A DNA stretch of 64,000 nucleotides from Methylotenera sp. (GTDB lineage: Bacteria > Pseudomonadota > Gammaproteobacteria > Burkholderiales > Methylophilaceae), in contig DATHXI010000051.1 of the NCBI GenBank assembly GCA_035459705.1, positions 7,205 to 71,204 on the forward strand, given 5' to 3'. Shown piece after piece: positions 62,804-64,000 of the stretch (position 1 is the first letter of the stretch; each line of letters opens with the position of its first letter). The notes beneath the pieces are model-generated. The model did no database searches and was not told where the DNA came from. It saw only the letters and a program-made list of their open reading frames with translations. A program made the position numbers and the translations under genes.

Positions 62804-63496
62804 TTATGCGGCAACAACGCCAAATAGGTGACCAACGCAAGCCGTGGCTGCCATGGCTAATACGCCCCAAAAAGCTACACGAGCCGCGCCCATCCAAAGA
62901 TTGGCGCCTCCAGCTTTAGCGGCCAACCCGCCTAATGCCGCCAAAAATGCAAGTGAAGCAGTCGCCACATAAATCAAAGTACTCGTTTCAGATGCGAAGA
63001 AAGTAACCAGCAGCGGTAAGGCGGCACCCATTGCAAATGTACTCGCAGAAGCCACTGCTGCTTGAATAGGGCGTGCATTTGTCGTATCTATGATACCCAG
63101 CTCATCTCTCGCATGTGCGCCTAGTGCATCATGTGCTGTGAGTTGCACCGCTACTTGGTGTGCTAAATCAGGTGTTAAGCCTCGCCCAACATAAATGCCC
63201 GTGAGTTCTTTTAGCTCGCTCTCATGATCGTTGCTTAGCTCTAATCGTTCACGCGTTAAATCAGCCGCTTCAGTATCCGATTGGGAGCTCACTGAAACAT
63301 ATTCACCCGCTGCCATCGACATGGCTCCAGAGACCAAGCCAGCGAGACCGGTGATGAGAACGGTTTCGTGCGTTGCACCTGCCGAGGCAACCCCGATGAT
63401 TAAACTTGCAGTAGATACGATGCCGTCATTGGCACCTAATACTGCTGCACGCAGCCAGCCAATGCGGTGTGAGCGATGATATTCTGAATGTCTCAA
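62804..63496 (-). CDS. VIT1/CCC1 family Fe/Mn transporter
   Basis: WLRAAVLGANDGIVS, SMAAGEYVSVSSQ.D.E, HARDELG. Confidence 0.95.
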   Translation of the reverse strand: MRHSEYHRSHRIGWLRAAVLGANDGIVSTASLIIGVASAGATHETVLITGLAGLVSGAMSMAAGEYVSVSSQSDTEAADLTRERLELSNDHESELKELTGIYVGRGLTPDLAHQVAVQLTAHDALGAHARDELGIIDTTNARPIQAAVASASTFAMGAALPLLVTFFASETSTLIYVATASLAFLAALGGLAAKAGGANLWMGAARVAFWGVLAMAATACVGHLFGVVAA

Positions 63497-63593
63497 TATA
63501 GCTCCGTTCTTATTATGTTATTTCTTATTATAGCCTTCTCAAGGCTTGGTTTTATGAGTGCTTCTGTATTTACAAGTCATTTAATATCCCAAT

Positions 63594-63620
63594 AAAAAAG
63601 GCGACCTAGGCCGCCTTTTT
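63594..63620 (-). terminator. Intrinsic terminator after hppA
   Basis: AAAAAAGGCG-ACCTAGGC-CGCCTTTTT hairpin. Confidence 0.8.
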
Positions 63621-63637
63621 ACTCTACAAAAGCACTA

Positions 63638-64000
63638 CTACAACAAAGGCACAATCAGTAAGGCCACGATATTGATGATCTTTATCAGTGGGTTTACCGC
63701 AGGGCCTGCTGTATCTTTGTATGGATCGCCTACAGTGTCGCCGGTCACAGCCGCTTTGTGTGCATCTGAACCTTTTCCGCCGTGGTTGCCATCTTCAATA
63801 TACTTTTTGGCATTGTCCCAAGCGCCGCCGCCTGTACACATGGATATCGCAACAAATAGACCTGTAACAATCGTGCCCATGAGTAGGCCACCTAGCGCCA
63901 CTGGGCCTAGTATCAAGCCCACCGCCACTGGCACAGCTACTGGTAATAGTGATGGAATCATCATTTCTTTAATCGCTGCTGTGGTGAGCATGTCAACTGC
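63638..64000 (-). CDS. hppA: Membrane-bound H+/Na+-translocating pyrophosphatase, C-terminal part (partial)
   Basis: [33 protein letters not shown]; runs off the window edge. Confidence 0.96.
   Translation of the reverse strand, partial: AVDMLTTAAIKEMMIPSLLPVAVPVAVGLILGPVALGGLLMGTIVTGLFVAISMCTGGGAWDNAKKYIEDGNHGGKGSDAHKAAVTGDTVGDPYKDTAGPAVNPLIKIINIVALLIVPLL

Overview
Core-genome window (mid-40s % GC by eye) from a betaproteobacterium, most likely Methylophilaceae (Methylotenera-like). The taxon is inferred from gene content and protein style and was not checked against a database. In order it contains: tonB; a Moco cluster (moeA, mobB, mobA, moaA) divergent from an NAD-linked Mo-formate dehydrogenase operon (fdsGBA-fdhD-fdsD); an ArnT-like glycosyltransferase; rpmE (type B), rho and trxA; a PilZ-like protein; dolP, yraN, lpoA, rsmI, pyrC and rnpB; the full dcw cluster (mraZ to lpxC); slt, cca, slmA, argB and argA; rsmE; tkt, gap, pgk, pyk and purC; ppa, a VIT1-family gene and a partial hppA. 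I saw no mobile elements, CRISPR arrays, tRNAs or rRNAs. The strongest unusual signal is ArgA (N-acetylglutamate synthase) fused in frame to an N-terminal XRE/Cro helix-turn-helix domain. Its own promoter is overlapped by two 13-bp TGTAAT-N-ATTACA-type palindromes, which suggests an enzyme that doubles as an arginine-sensing repressor. Secondary signals are a GAPDH lacking the NAD-determining Asp, a small acidic ORF between gap and pgk, a ModE-like box between the Moco and FDH operons, and a GacA-like box shared by two small exported-protein genes.
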